Shown piece by piece: positions 12,831-26,279 of a DNA stretch of 64,000 nt; the first letter of the stretch is position 1; each line of letters opens with the position of its first letter. The notes under the pieces are model-generated. The model did not search any database, was not told the origin of the DNA, and saw nothing but the letters and a program-made list of their open reading frames with translations. Source of the DNA: Octopus sinensis (taxonomy: Eukaryota); contig NC_043011.1 in the NCBI RefSeq assembly GCF_006345805.1, forward strand, positions 19,976,464 to 20,040,463. The letters are read 5' to 3'. The position numbers were made by a program, and so were the translations under genes.

Positions 12831-13404
12831 GTATTGTTCTATATATTTTACATTTAACACGTTTATTGCGATGAATGTTATTATTGATCTCAGCTTTTCT
12901 AATAATAAACCTGTTAGGAAGATACGTACGATCGCATTATATAATTATATAAGGCATTTATTACAATAAATACCTTCCCTACTAAATAGTCTAGTATGCT
13001 ATTTGGTAAGTATCTGGCTGGTATTTCTAGCAGGTAATGCAGTCACGCAGAACACGGTGTTTTGTTGAAGTTGTTTGAGTCATTGGCTCAAACGTCATTT
13101 CTTTATGAATCTAGATCCATATTTTGGATTCACATTTTCGCAGAAGGTTAACAATTTCGGAGGGGGCATTTTGACCGGCGCCCAAATGATTCTGCCATCT
13201 CACCACCTTAATCTAGACCCATATATTACACATTCCTTTTGTATACTCTATTTTTCGTAGAAATGGCTACAAAACGCAATACTTTGTAAGCGGCAAATAT
13301 TTTATTCTCAAGAAATTAATTTTTAAAGCTGAATTAAACTATATCATTGAATATAAGCTGGCGACAGTTTGAAGTAAAACATGTTTATTTTCTTCGGGTA
13401 CCCA

Positions 13405-13850
13405 GCTTGAAGGCGAGCTTTCTTATTTCTTTATTATCCACAAGGGGCTACACACAGAGGGAACAAACAAGGACAGACAAACGGATTAAGTCGATTATAT
13501 CGACCCCAGTGTGTAACTGGTACTTATTTAATCGACCCCGAAAGGATGAAAGGCAATGTTGACCTCGGCGGAATTTGAACTCAAAACGTAGCAGCAGACG
13601 AAATACCTATTTCTTTAATACCTACAAGGGGCTAAACACGAGAGGACAAACAAGAACAGACAAACCGATTAAGTCGATTATATCGACCCCAATGCGTAAC
13701 TGGTACTTATTTAATCGACCCCGAAAGGATGAAAGGCAAAGTTGGCCTCGGTGGAATTTGAACTCAGAACGTAGCGGCAGACGAAATACGGCTACGCATT
13801 TCGCCCGGCGTGCTAACGTGTCTGCCACCTCGCCGCCTTCTTTCTGCTTT
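13405..13850 (-). mobile_element. Head-to-tail dimer of MetaSINE-like family B
   Basis: Two copies of cgaccccgaaaggatgaaaggcaa..gacctcg..ggaatttgaactca; the GCCTTTCATCCTTTCGGGGTCGAT core resembles the Meta domain. Confidence 0.85.
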
Positions 13851-15079
13851 CTGCTGGTGTGAGACTATCCTGGAGTGAATAATTAAACCGCATACACAAC
13901 AAAAAAAAATTGTGTTCCCAACTTGTCTCCTTTAAAATACGCTTACATTGTACAATGACAGTCACGATGTCACCTTTTCTGATTACACAATATAATATTT
14001 CAGTACATCATTAAAAGAGGAAAATGATATTTTTTGTTTTATGTTCCTGTCATGTATGCTAGAGAAACAGAATCTTAAGGGAAGCGAGCTGTCATCAAAT
14101 ACGAACCGACAATGTCTCCTTGTCTGTTCCTTATTACATGATGTACAACATTGGCTATTTTCATTGTTCACAATGTTGCTGAAGTGAGATAAACGACATA
14201 ACACGCCAGCCATACATTAATTTCTATTGTCCTTTCAATGGACATTGTCATTGGTCATCAACACTATATTCACAGAATTTTTTTTTCGTTTTGATTAATG
14301 TTGAATTTTGATGTTTTCTTCATCTTCTATTCCTTTATGTCTTAATACATCTCTGTTGTTTTGCGTAATTTCTAACAAACCTCAGTGATAATCAGTATGA
14401 GCAAAATATAAAAAGCAAATAAGAAGCGTTGATGATATATATATTTTTTTGTTATATAATGAGAAAATAAAAGTACATAAAACAAATACAGCTTTTTATC
14501 CATTATACTGTATTTAGTACCCAAAGTGACAAAAGCTTATCAAATGTCTGCAAAGATCAGTTTTATATTTTTTTACAAATACTCTGTCTTATCTGGTAAT
14601 GGTTAATTCCCAAGTCTTTAATTAGATGTTTATATATCAGTTATATTTCTTATTTCTGAGAGTAAGCAGGAAAATAAGTTTTATTGAAATTATTGTTTGG
14701 TGTGAGAACAAGTCTCTGAAGAGAAAATAGCGGGCTGTGTGATATAAAAGCATTAATAGTCGCTAATAGTCGTCGATTGTATTACTCAACACACACACCT
14801 ACTGCACACACATATGCACATACACGCACACATGCACTCACGCGCACACACACACATACACACACATATATATATATATATTTAGACTACAAACTTTGGT
14901 TTAGATATTTTTAGATATGTTGTATCGATTCATTATCCACAGCATGGATATTCGAATACAAATTCTTTCCTTCTCTCGAATGATTCCTACACTAGCTTAC
15001 TTTTGAAAATCCGAGTTTATTGCATACACTAGATAAATATACATATTTATCTCTGTGTAACTATTTGTCTGTCTCTCTA

Positions 15080-15107
15080 TTAGATAGATATATATATATA
15101 TATATAT

Positions 15108-15193
<86 letters not shown>

Positions 15194-15245
15194 TGATAGA
15201 TGGATGGATGGATGGATGGATGGATGGATGGAGGGATGGATGGAG

Positions 15246-15311
<66 letters not shown>

Positions 15312-15312
15312 A
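15080..15312. repeat. Compound (TA)n(GATA)n(GATG)n(GATA)n microsatellite
   Basis: Direct reading. Confidence 0.95.
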
Positions 15313-15868
15313 CTAGATACACTGTGTAACAGAGGTATGTAGATAAGTTCGAGATAATAAGGAGGTACAAACATACGTGATGGATGTACATGTTGATACT
15401 GTAACATGAACAGTAACGTAAATTAAATGACAGATCAATGGAAAAATAGACTAAATTCAAGAGACAACGCTAGTAAATAAATTTGTATTAAACTAAATTT
15501 AAATAAAGAAATAATATATATTCCTTTCAGCCAGCTTACTTGTTATGTTATTCATGATGTATATTATTGGGCACTGTGGCATTTTCATACTATTATTAGA
15601 TATATTTCTTTTCTCCTCGATAATTAGGGAATTAAGTGTTCAGAATCAATCTCTACAAAGGCGTTTTTTCTCTCTGTTACCATGTGTCTTACCTGCCACT
15701 ACTATATATATATAAATATATAATACATGTATATAGATTAGAGAAGAACCATCATGTAGCAATAGAACAATGATATACTTAAATCATGCCATATAGAAAA
15801 CAATTAAAAGTACGATAAAACATTTACTAGAACTTACAGGAAAAAATTGTTTTATTGCTACATATATA

Positions 15869-15957
<89 letters not shown>

Positions 15958-16221
15958 ACATGTATGTTTTATTCAGGGATCCAGTTTAAGTACGTTAGCA
16001 AGCTTCGATTATGCAAAAAGCAAACGCCCAAACGTAAGCGAGGAAGACAAATGAAAAGATACAAAATATAAATAATAAGTCACATACAAGGTTTCATTGT
16101 TACCATTTACATATTTACAAACGTAATGTCTGAGAACAACCTATTCTTAGTGGTCAGATCATATGGTGTCTACATCTAGCATACTGGATGTCCACTTAGT
16201 GGTCATTTCTCATATATATAG

Positions 16222-16254
<33 letters not shown>

Positions 16255-16327
16255 AATGTGACAGCGTGTGTACCGTTGGCGATTTTTTTCCTCCGTCTTC
16301 CCTTCTCTGGATCTTTCCTTTCCCTAT

Positions 16328-16362
16328 GTTTCTGATGAAGAGCTCCGCTCAAAACGTTAAGC
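16328..16362 (+). ncRNA. Minimal type I hammerhead ribozyme motif, degenerate (G12>A)
   Basis: gttt CTGATGA a gagc tcc gctc AAAA cg T T aagc: 4-bp stem II, palindromic ACGU stem III. Confidence 0.65.
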
Positions 16363-16446
16363 CCTCCTCTTCCCTTCCTCCTGAGCGTCCAATAATACTA
16401 TATTTGTTCCACGTCCTTGCGTTGTTGTGTTTTCAAGTTTGGATTA

Positions 16447-16491
<45 letters not shown>

Positions 16492-16541
16492 ATAATTCAC
16501 AAACAGATGTATTAACTTAACGCTTGGAAAGTGAAAAAGTA

Positions 16542-16575
16542 TTTAACGTTTCGAGCCTACGCTCTTCCACATAGA
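16542..16575 (-). ncRNA. Minimal type I hammerhead-like motif, degenerate core
   Basis: Minus strand: tct ATGTGGA a gagc gtag gctc GAAA cg T T aaa; stems II and III as in the 16328 motif, but the core departs from CUGANGA at positions 3 and 6. Confidence 0.45.
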
Positions 16576-17194
16576 GGAAGACTGAAAGAAACAAGGAAAG
16601 TAAATAAAGAATGTGTAGTTGCTAGCGATCTATCATGGCGAATGCCGGACAGCGGGATAGAAAAACCAAAATAGGAAGAAACGACAATAGGAAAAATCAG
16701 AAAGTACAAAAAAAGTTTAGAAAGTACAAAAAGTTAAGAAAAGTTCAAAAGTTTCAAATATCATACCTACTGATGATAAAACGGCAGGTCTAGTGCCAGA
16801 ATCTTCACGAGTGAACATCCACCACTTAACCAGAATGAATACTAAAAGTCTGTTATCATATTCTTTCTTCCTATAATCTGTTACATCTATCATAACCTGT
16901 CATTTCTCTGCAAATCTATTCCATTACGTATCGATCTAATTCATTCGTTATTCATCCATCTATCTATTTAACTTTCATACGGTCTGTCTATCTACCTCTC
17001 TATGTATCTATATAAATATCTGTCAGTTTATGTCATTTCATGTGTCTGTACTGTTAAGCATTATAACCAAGTCCGAAAAGAAGTCTCCTATGATATTTTG
17101 CTGTCGTGTCGTTTTATATTATTCACTCAAATAGCTGTAAATCACAAATAACTACGTGAAATCCGCTCTAAATAAGACATAAAGCCAAATCTAC

Positions 17195-17291
17195 TTATGC
17201 GTATGTATGTATATGTATATGTGCATATATACATACATACATATATATTATATTATATATATATATATGTATGTATGTATATGTATGTATG

Positions 17292-17342
<51 letters not shown>

Positions 17343-17415
17343 TGTATTATGTATGTATGTATGTATGTATGTATGTATGTATGTATGTATGTATACATAT
17401 ACATATATATATATA
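17195..17415. repeat. Compound (TA)n/(TATG)n microsatellite
   Basis: Direct reading. Confidence 0.95.
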
Positions 17416-18782
17416 ACGTTAACAGGATTTCTTCAGTTTAGTAGCATGCTTTGCACTACTTCACTACGTGTGGTATCCTCGTCGCAGTCAAGCCATTTTC
17501 GATGTATTCCCTTTAGATTTGGTAGGCGCTTGCTTAGCACAATGACGTTTAGCAGGAAAATTTCGCATTTATATTCGCTGGTTTTGCTGCTTCCCACGAA
17601 TCTGCAAGTTCTCTGTCATCTTTTGCAGAATGGATTTTTCATTCCTCTCCATTAACTTTCTTGTCGCCAATGTAATGTACTTTGCATGTATGGTATTTTA
17701 ATAGAAATGCTACCATTTATTAAATTATTTAGCAGTGTGTCCTCTCTTTTGCCTTTCCTGGTATTCATGTAATATGTCCTGCAGTTTAGTTATAATGTAG
17801 TTTAAAGAATTACAACGTTTTCAAGTTTAGCTACATCCAAATTATTTTCTCTTCCCTCATCTCTTTGGGTTTGGAGTTGATAATGATGAAGACATGCTCG
17901 GAGGACAAAATTAAGGGAAATCCGATGTGATATGCATTGCCACACACTATGCATGCCAATATCAACGGGATATTATTGTGCTTACTACTCGATATTCACA
18001 CTAAAATTAGTCCTCATTTCTACTCCGTCTTCTTTGGGCTACCTTCTTTTGTTCATTTGCATAACGATGTAAAACTCATTAGTTTCGGTGAGTACACAAT
18101 CATTGGTGTTGGATAGCACCACTTTCTGTTTAGAACACTTAAACCTATCATCCTTCAAAAGGTTACTGGAATTTGATCTACTTTAGACATAATACATTTT
18201 ACAAACTTAATGAAGGGGAATCAAACATGAACATGTTTCCTTTCAGTTTATTTCTCCACAGCCTTATCGATATTGTAACTTCAAAACCTGATTCCAAACA
18301 GCAGAGTTCCTCTCTGATTCATCTGTGTAGCAACCTTCTAACATACCATTGTGTTACATAAAATTATTTCAGTTTCCAGCACCGTTCTTCTGCTGCATGG
18401 ATCATGAGGCAGCTACTGCGATATTTCGTAGTATGCGCATGGATTGATTTCATATGTTTTCCATTTATCGATATATTTTCATATGAATACTTACAGATGA
18501 TTTGAGTGAAATTCACTGTTGCAGTTACTAGTAGCTTTATTCCGTTCAGATATAGTTTTTCTCAACAGATGGGGACAAAGCAAGACATAATGGTTTTACA
18601 ATCCCGCATGTAGCTGGCGGGTTTAGTCACCAACAGATCGACTTTCTATATGTTGTACTAGGTTACATGGCTATCGATAGTAGATTACTGGATGTCAAAC
18701 CACTGGCTTATTTCTCAACTCATATGTATATGTGTGTATGTTTATGTCTATGTGCCCGTGCGTGTAAGAGGCTGAGTGTGAG

Positions 18783-19100
18783 ACGTTTGGCTTAGTGGTT
18801 TGGGTATTCGGTTTATGATCGTAAGGCCCTGTGTTCGAATCCTGACGGCGCGTTGTGTCCTTGAGCAAGAATCCTTCCTTAATGTGCTCCTGTTCCATCA
18901 CCTGGCAAAACACGATGTGCCTGTGATTCAAAGGGCTAGCCCTGTCTCCTTCTCTGTCACGTTGAATCTCCCCGAGAACTAGGTTGAGGGTACGCGTTTT
19001 TGTTAAGTGCTCAACGACTTGCATGTTAACTTCACATCAGACTGTGCCCTTCATCGGACCAACTGGAGCACTCGTCGTGGTAACCGACCGAGTGCAAGAT
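18783..19100 (+). mobile_element. tRNA-derived SINE, family C
   Basis: tggcttagtgg A-box, gttcgaatcc B-box, ttgtgtccttgagcaag motif; colinear with the 27690 copy. Confidence 0.8.
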
Positions 19101-19282
19101 AGGAGAGTGAACGGGAGTATGTGTGTATTTATACATATGCATATATATCTATATATGTGATTGTGTGTGCGCACGTGTATGTTTGTGCGCGCGTGTGTGT
19201 TTGTGCGCGTGTGTATGCGTGTATATATCTAATATTGTGTGTTTGAGTGTTTGTGGGTGTGCGTGCGCTGTGTTTGCGAAGG

Positions 19283-19495
19283 CGACGAGCTGACAAAATC
19301 GTTGGCGCGCCGAGCAAAGTGCTTAGCGGCATTTCATCCATTTTTACGTTTTGAGTTGAAATGCTGAAGGAGTCAACTTTCCCATCCGTCCTTTCGCAGT
19401 CAATAAAAAAGATAGAAGTTGAACACTGGGGTCGATGTAATCGACTTACTTTGTATCTGAAACTGATGGTCTTGTCCCAAAATTTAAACCTATAC
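19283..19495 (+). mobile_element. MetaSINE-like family B copy
   Basis: ggcgacgagctgacaaaatcgttggcgcgccgagcaaagtgcttagcggcatttc... head plus ggggtcgatgtaatcgac. Confidence 0.7.
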
Positions 19496-19514
19496 ATATA
19501 TATATATATATAAA

Positions 19515-19598
<84 letters not shown>

Positions 19599-19778
19599 TA
19601 TGGTATATAAGTATATATATCGTGACGTTATTTTGCCATTCAATATGGCTAACCCTAAGGGTGGATGCTACTGACAGTTTTAGCCCAGGAGGACACACTC
19701 TCCAGCTGGCATAGACACAACTATCTGTGTCCTGTCAGTATTTGCAAAGGGAAGTCATCCTTCGTCTTAACTTATGAA

Positions 19779-19820
19779 CACACGGACTCGGTTTCGGGTT
19801 ATTGACCTTCGTCAGGTGTG
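19779..19820 (-). ncRNA. Type I hammerhead ribozyme motif in a ~240-bp insert flanked by (TA)n
   Basis: Minus strand: cacac CTGACGA aggt caata acc c GAAA c cga g T C c gtgtg; intact core, 5-bp stem I, one extra C at the cleavage junction. Confidence 0.55.
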
Positions 19821-20195
19821 ACAATCATAGTTGTCGCGAGAATTAGATTTCTTCACATATATATATATATATATAAGTATATATATATATATAAATTAAA
19901 TTGGAGATAAAACCATATTAGGCAAATCAAACAGTGAAAAACATAACCAAAACATAAAAATAAAATAATAATAAATACAAAAATATATAAAAGTATAAAA
20001 TTTAAAATTTAAATTATTTAAATTTAAAAATTATTAATTATATTTATAAATTTTTATTTTTTAAAAATATTTTTTAAAATTTAAATTAATAAATTTTTTA
20101 ATTTAATTTTTTTTTATTTAAATATATATAACTATCAAAAAGTATTAAAAAGTTTAATATACGATAATGAGATAATATATATATATATATATATA

Positions 20196-21063
20196 AGTCC
20201 CAAGAGTCACTGTTGGCTTTCAATTTTCAACAACTTCCTCAGCTTTATAAATAAATGCATGAAATTTCGTTACAATATAAAGGACATAATGAAAATTAAT
20301 ATTCACAAGTCAAATTTTGCAATACTACTGCAACGCATGAAAAATTTTAAATTTACATCGCTTAAATGGCAGCCATTTTCGGTTTGCACATCCGTGTTCT
20401 CTCCAAAACTTGCATTATAACACCCTCAAGAGTTTCGGACCCGACTTCTCAAATTTCTCTATTGATGTTCAGGGGCTTGTTGACGTAGCCCCTCTCTTTC
20501 AGGTATCCCTATATGAAAACATGCGGGCTAGTCAAATATGGGAAACGTAAAGGCAGTTGACATCGGCGAAGTGAGAGGTTGTTGTCTCTCTAAATCCCTG
20601 CCGCAGCAATTGCATTGTTTCTTTTGTGGTATGAGAAGTTGCCCCATATTGCTGGAACCATGTGTGATGTCTACTTTGAATGGCCTCCCCGTGCGCCAGA
20701 CTTGATTAAACCGAATCTTTTCTTGTGGGGATACCTGAAAGAGAAGGTTCACGTCAATCAGCCGGAGACCCTGGTGCAACTGAAGGAGAACATTAATAAT
20801 GAAATCAGAGAAGTAGGGTTTGAAACTCTGAAAAGTTTTATAGTGCAAGTTTTGGAAAGAGAACGGGCGTCCGAAGCCGAAAATGGCTGTCATGTTGGTG
20901 ATGTAATTTTTTATATGTGATGTAGTAGTGTTGCAGAATTTGACCCGTGCATATTAATTTTCATTGTGTCCTTTATATTGCATCAAAATTCCATGCATTT
21001 ATTTGTAAAGTTAAGGAAGTTATTAAATATTGAAACCTATCATTGACTTTTGAGACACGTTGT
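20196..21063. mobile_element. Tc1/mariner-superfamily (maT/rosa-like) element made of two inverted transposase 3' halves
   Basis: Plus strand WPPRAPDLIKPNLFLWGYLKEKVHVNQP; minus strand left arm GYLKERGYVNKP; both arms end outward in gtc(c/t)caa(g/a)agtca-type termini next to TA. Confidence 0.75.
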
Positions 21064-21072
21064 ATGTATACG

Positions 21073-21141
<69 letters not shown>

Positions 21142-21811
21142 GGAAATAGGTATCATTTAGGGACTAGAAATTAATATCATTCTATGGGTGCATCCGAGAA
21201 AAGTTACTTTCTACAAGTTAGCTTAGATGGGGAACCATGTAAATAGAGAATATACAGATAACAAAGTAGAAAGCCATGATTTATATGCTCCCCACAAACC
21301 TTCTCCTTAATTTAAAGTACATTCACCAACATTGAGAGAAGAAACAAGGGACCATGTGATAAGGATGCAAGCCAAGAGAAAGATTGAATTTTACACCAAT
21401 CCGCAAACAGTTTCAGCTAATGAAACCAAAAATCGCACATTTTGAAGTATACGCAAATGCAAATACACGCTGCTGTTATTATGATTATGCTTCCCAAGAC
21501 GGCCCTATACAGTGGAAATATAATATTGGTATGATCATTCAATAACTGTTCGGAAAACAATTGTCCACACGAAACGTATATTTGAAAGTAATTAACAAGT
21601 ATTACCTAAAAGGTTACTAATATTGCGTGATTTATATAAGAATATCACCCTAAATAGAAGATACGTCCTAAATGACTCTCGATATGCGCCGAAATCACCT
21701 AATAATCCAAGCTATACAGAAATCAATGCAATGTACAGTTACTGACGTAATCCCGACAATCTTTTCTCCTCCTAAGGTATTTTTCGATGTTATTTTTTTC
21801 TTCTTTTTCTT

Positions 21812-21945
21812 TTTACTTGTTTCAGTAATTTGACTGCGGCCATGCTGGAGCACCGCCTTTAATCGAGCAACTCGACCCCGGGACTTATTCTTTTGTAAAC
21901 CCAGTACTTATTCTATCGGTCTCTTTTACCGAACCGCTAGGTAAC
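21812..21945 (-). mobile_element. 3' fragment of SINE family A
   Basis: ttgtttcagtaatttgactgcggccatgctggagcaccgcc... is the reverse complement of the family A tail. Confidence 0.8.
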
Positions 21946-21946
21946 G

Positions 21947-22064
21947 GTTATTATTATTATTATTATTATTACTATTATTATTATTCAGGTCACCGCCTGG
22001 AATCGCACTCAGAATTTTGGGGTTCCGAGTTCGATTCCAGTCAGTGACCTGAATAATAATAATA

Positions 22065-22127
<63 letters not shown>

Positions 22128-22128
22128 C
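21947..22128. repeat. Hairpin with (TTA)n/(TAA)n outer arms
   Basis: ttcaggtcaccgcctggaatcgcactc / gagttcgattccagtcagtgacctgaa inverted pair (3 mismatches), 16-nt loop. Confidence 0.85.
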
Positions 22129-22176
22129 ATCGAAAAATATCTTAGGTATGAGTGCCCAGGTTCGAAATTTTCCCAA

Positions 22177-22222
22177 GACACCTGATGAAGGCTGGAGGGT
22201 ATATCAGCCGAAACGCTGTGTT
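22177..22222 (+). ncRNA. Minimal type I hammerhead ribozyme motif (U16.1>C in this copy)
   Basis: gacac CTGATGA a ggctg gagggtatat cagcc GAAA cg C T gtgtt: 5-bp stems I and II. Confidence 0.7.
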
Positions 22223-23099
22223 AACAAGAAACAAGATGAGGACAAATATCTGTCAAATGTAAATAATGTACATAGTTCCTCATCTATTAAATATAGAACG
22301 TTTTCACTATTATAAATTATTTAATTATAAATCACTTCCTTCAAATTTATTGTAAATAATTAACATACGATATGCTAAATTGCTATTGTCTGATGATTTT
22401 TTTTGTATCTTGTTTACAACCCTCAACCGCTACCTCATCCCATATGGCTATCGGATAATTCTCTGTGTGTGTATGTGCGTGTATTTATCTATTCATCTAT
22501 CTATTTACCTATCTATCTATCTTAAATTATAGTTGCCTATTCTATATCAGTGAGTCTCTACCCACTCTCACACATTTGTGACTCTTCCTTTTATACTTTC
22601 CAGTAAACCTAGCAGGCCTTCCACTTACAATCTACGCTGTCCATCTTCGAAAACCGAACCGGTATTATCTTTTACAAAGTATATTCCTTAATTCTTCAAC
22701 TATTAATATCTCTTATTTAGGGTATATTCCTTGATTCCTCTCTGAAGATAGTATATTTGGCTTACAAGGAAAACTTTGCTGAATGACCTATGCACTATGT
22801 GCATAACTATTCTAGAAATATCTGCATGAAATTTTATGCTTTATTTCCTAATCCCTTATTTACTCTCACAACACTGCAATTACGTTTGAATTATAAATGA
22901 CATGCTCTAGAGTGATATCACGTTTTGCGTGTTTGTTTTTACTTCCTGCAGTGGATTAACAGGAAGGTTATCAGAGAAGATAGTTTTCGTATGTGGAAGA
23001 TACACAGGATATATAAAAATAACTTAGGAAACTCGTGAAATTGATTCTTTTAAATGTCCTAGTGGCTCATTAGCGGCGTGGATAATTATTTCTGCTACC

Positions 23100-23630
23100 T
23101 AGAGGACAAAATTAGTAGTGGTTGTGAGGAGATACAAGGAGAGTGTGATGGTTAGAATAAGTTTAGGATGGCGGAAATTCAGAGAGATGTTACCTTTGTT
23201 GGTCACGAAACGTTTCTCTCTCCAAGTGAAAGGAAGATTGTACGATGCATGTTTACGGACAGCAAATTTGCATGGTAGTGATATATGGGCCATGAATGCA
23301 GAGGACATGGGGAGGTGAGAAAGGGGTAAGGCTAGTATGCTCCGCTGGATGTTAATAAGCGTACATGTTCGACAGAGTGGTTGTGTTTTGTGAGTTAGGC
23401 ATACGAGGAATTAGTTGCAGAGAGAATTCTGTACTGGTTTGGTCATGTGATGCAGGTGGATGCTGACATTCCCATAAAGAAGTGCCGATCTCTGAAACTA
23501 GATGGTGCACGTGAAAGTGGGAGACCCAGGAAGACATGGGATGAAGTACTGAAGAAAAAACCTCAGAACGTTGAACCTTTCAGGTGAGATGACAAAGGAC
23601 AGAGATGCCTGGCGCTTTGCTGTACAAGGA
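23100..23630 (+). mobile_element. RTE-clade LINE 3' end (C-terminal ORF2 fossil)
   Basis: RISLGWRKFREMLPLLVTKRFSLQVKGRLYDAC..., then WFGHV.., GRPRKTWDEV and MTKDRDAWR motifs across frameshifts. Confidence 0.85.
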
Positions 23631-25139
23631 ATAAAGCACTGGGAATAAAACACGTGATTAAATGTATTCCCAGTTTACGATTTATAGTATACTGGATTTA
23701 CGAGTAAGAGTCTTTGAGCTCCCAAAAGTGTTATTAGTAGAAATACGCATCATTTAAATACCGTAACTTCACATGTATTTTTAAGATACCAAACATCCAC
23801 TCGAATCGATACTTATGAGGAACATCTATTCAGAATAAATGGATAACGATGTATATGATATATCTGATCCAATTGGGAACATCTACCCAGATGTCTTGTA
23901 TTTGTCAGATGAACCTATGCATTCCTCACTAGGCCAATATAGATGAATTCCTGGTCTACATGCTTAAAGCAGGACATACTTAAATACGTGGTTAGAAACT
24001 AATGCCTCTTAAAGCGATTGTTTAGTTTTTAATGTTTAACCAATGAGGGTCAATATTCTAGTCATTTGAATTCAATATTCAAACGTCATTGAACATGTCG
24101 TGTTGGAGCTTCGTTTCGGTGAAATGTTTCTATAGAAAAACAACCTCACAGAGCCACACTTTATCATGCGTTTGAAAATGGTACAATATTACGCATGTAA
24201 GAAGTATGAAATTTAAAAGTTTAACTAAGAATAAACTTACATAGTAACCACGTTTTTGAGAACCCGTTAACAACGCTCTTCGAAATTACTATGATTAACA
24301 TCCAAATAAAGCAAAGCTAAACAATAAAGTAGTTTCAGTAACATGGTAGTTCACTTAAATTAAAATTACTGCTATTAAATTTATTTATGTAGCAGTAAGG
24401 TTTTGCTTTCTTCATCCGTTGTTAAAGGGTTTGGTCGGAAAATATGAATTTTAAACAAAGCACAAAGGTAAAACGATTATTAAACATTTGAACAAGTTTA
24501 TGTGATAGTCTTGCCGCTAGAGGCATTAACGTAATAACCTAAGACAATAATTGATGTACAGGAGTCGAAATATATTCCTTGCAAGAAATTTTATTGCGCC
24601 TCGCTATGAAGGATTATTTATACACGACGTAAATATAATTCAAATATTGCTTTCGATTCAAACATTTTTCCCAGATGTCTCATATATTAGTAGAAGGTGA
24701 CAAAATGAAATTCTGTATGACATGTGTCCATTACTTTTGTAAGTAGAATGTAAATTGCTTGAACCTGCATACTAAAACTGTGTCGCGGTGTCATCTTCTT
24801 TTATATTCATTACTTGTTATATTGTTCTCCAGCGGTAGAAATACATTTACATATTTTAATATGCTCAAATGTATTCTAAACGGTATTTTATTAAAATTTT
24901 TATTCAAAAAATATTTGTTAATGCTTTCCGGTCTGGTAAACTTAATAAGTCAGAATGGAATAAGCTATTAGAGAATATTCATGAAAATCACACATATACA
25001 TATAATATATATATACACACACATATATATATATATGTATATATATATATATGTATGTATGTAATTATGTATGTATGTATATATATATATAGATAGATAC
25101 CTACATGCATACCTACATATATATATACAGATATACACG

Positions 25140-25182
<43 letters not shown>

Positions 25183-25639
25183 ATAATGAGTCGTAGGAAT
25201 ACATGAGGTTACTGTGAAGCGAACGGTTAAGGTTGTTTACTAATGATGCTATGAATAGTTTGTTATCTTCATGATCTTTTATGCTAAATAGTTAGAAATA
25301 TCTCGATTGTGTCTACACCTGATTTCCTCTGTTTATCTCTGGAAGCAAATCAATATGGTTGATATGTTACAATTTATAACGTAAATATGGGAGGAGCATC
25401 GCAGTTGGCTGTCAATATGTCAATTGTTTGTATCAAGCCATCTGAACTTCTATATCTTTGCTTACGATACCTTGCTCTCAAAGTCTCAACACTGTCATAT
25501 TGATGAGTTGGCTGTGATTTGCAGTGTTGAGCTCGATTCTTATTTCCGATACCCACTTACGATAAACCTGCTTCCTTATAAGCATTTAACAAAATATAAG
25601 CTAACCTTGGCTCGGTAGAAAGAACCAATAATATATTTA

Positions 25640-25805
25640 ATACGTTGAAATGTTGGCACAGAGCAAGCAATTTCGGGGGAAGGCGAAAGTTGATTACATT
25701 AACCTCATTATTTGACTGGTATTTATTTTATCGGCCTCAACGGAATTTTAACTCACGACACAAGGGCGGATGAAATGTGGCTAAGCGTTCAGCTCGACGC
25801 TTTCA
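25640..25805 (-). mobile_element. Degraded MetaSINE-like family B copy
   Basis: attgg..cagagcaagcaatttcggggga...ggtatttattttatcgg...gatgaaatgtggctaagc. Confidence 0.55.
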
Positions 25806-26279
25806 GTGATGCATTTAATATTATCATTTGACATCTCAATAATATTTTGTACCGAATTACTAAATTCTTATGTTAAACACAGTGCAATTTTTTTAAAGAA
25901 AGAGGATTTAATCGGATCTATCTATCCATCTATCTGGATTTCTGATTTGATCTGAACCCCATAATAAGTTTCTCATATATAGATGCAGGTAAGTTAAAAA
26001 GCTGCTTACAAGACTCATAAGATTTCAACTCACAATCAAAAGGTAACTTTTTATCTTCTTATCTTCTTTTACAGCAATTAACCTCGCCTATCTACTGTAA
26101 TTATGAATATATTCTAATTGCGAGCGCAATATTTCGGTGTTGAGGCTACAGATGAACGTTCCGGTGATGGTGAAGCTGCTTGTTTTAAATTCTTCTCCTT
26201 CCTCTTCTTCTTTGGCGTTGTCGTGGTCGTCGTTGTCGGTTACGCGGATTCTTTGATCCAGTATTCCTGCTATTCCTTT

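Noticed and set aside
16130-16210. Possible very decayed hammerhead on the minus strand (ccatatga stem III) with an 11-bp direct repeat
   Set aside because: The core and GAAA both need several substitutions; not supportable.
18170-18300. FYKLNEG...PFSLFL resembling a LINE RT motif
   Set aside because: Too degraded; no flanking RT motifs such as YADD found.
19960-20145. Almost pure A/T non-periodic stretch
   Set aside because: More likely low-quality consensus sequence or decayed low-complexity DNA than a functional element.
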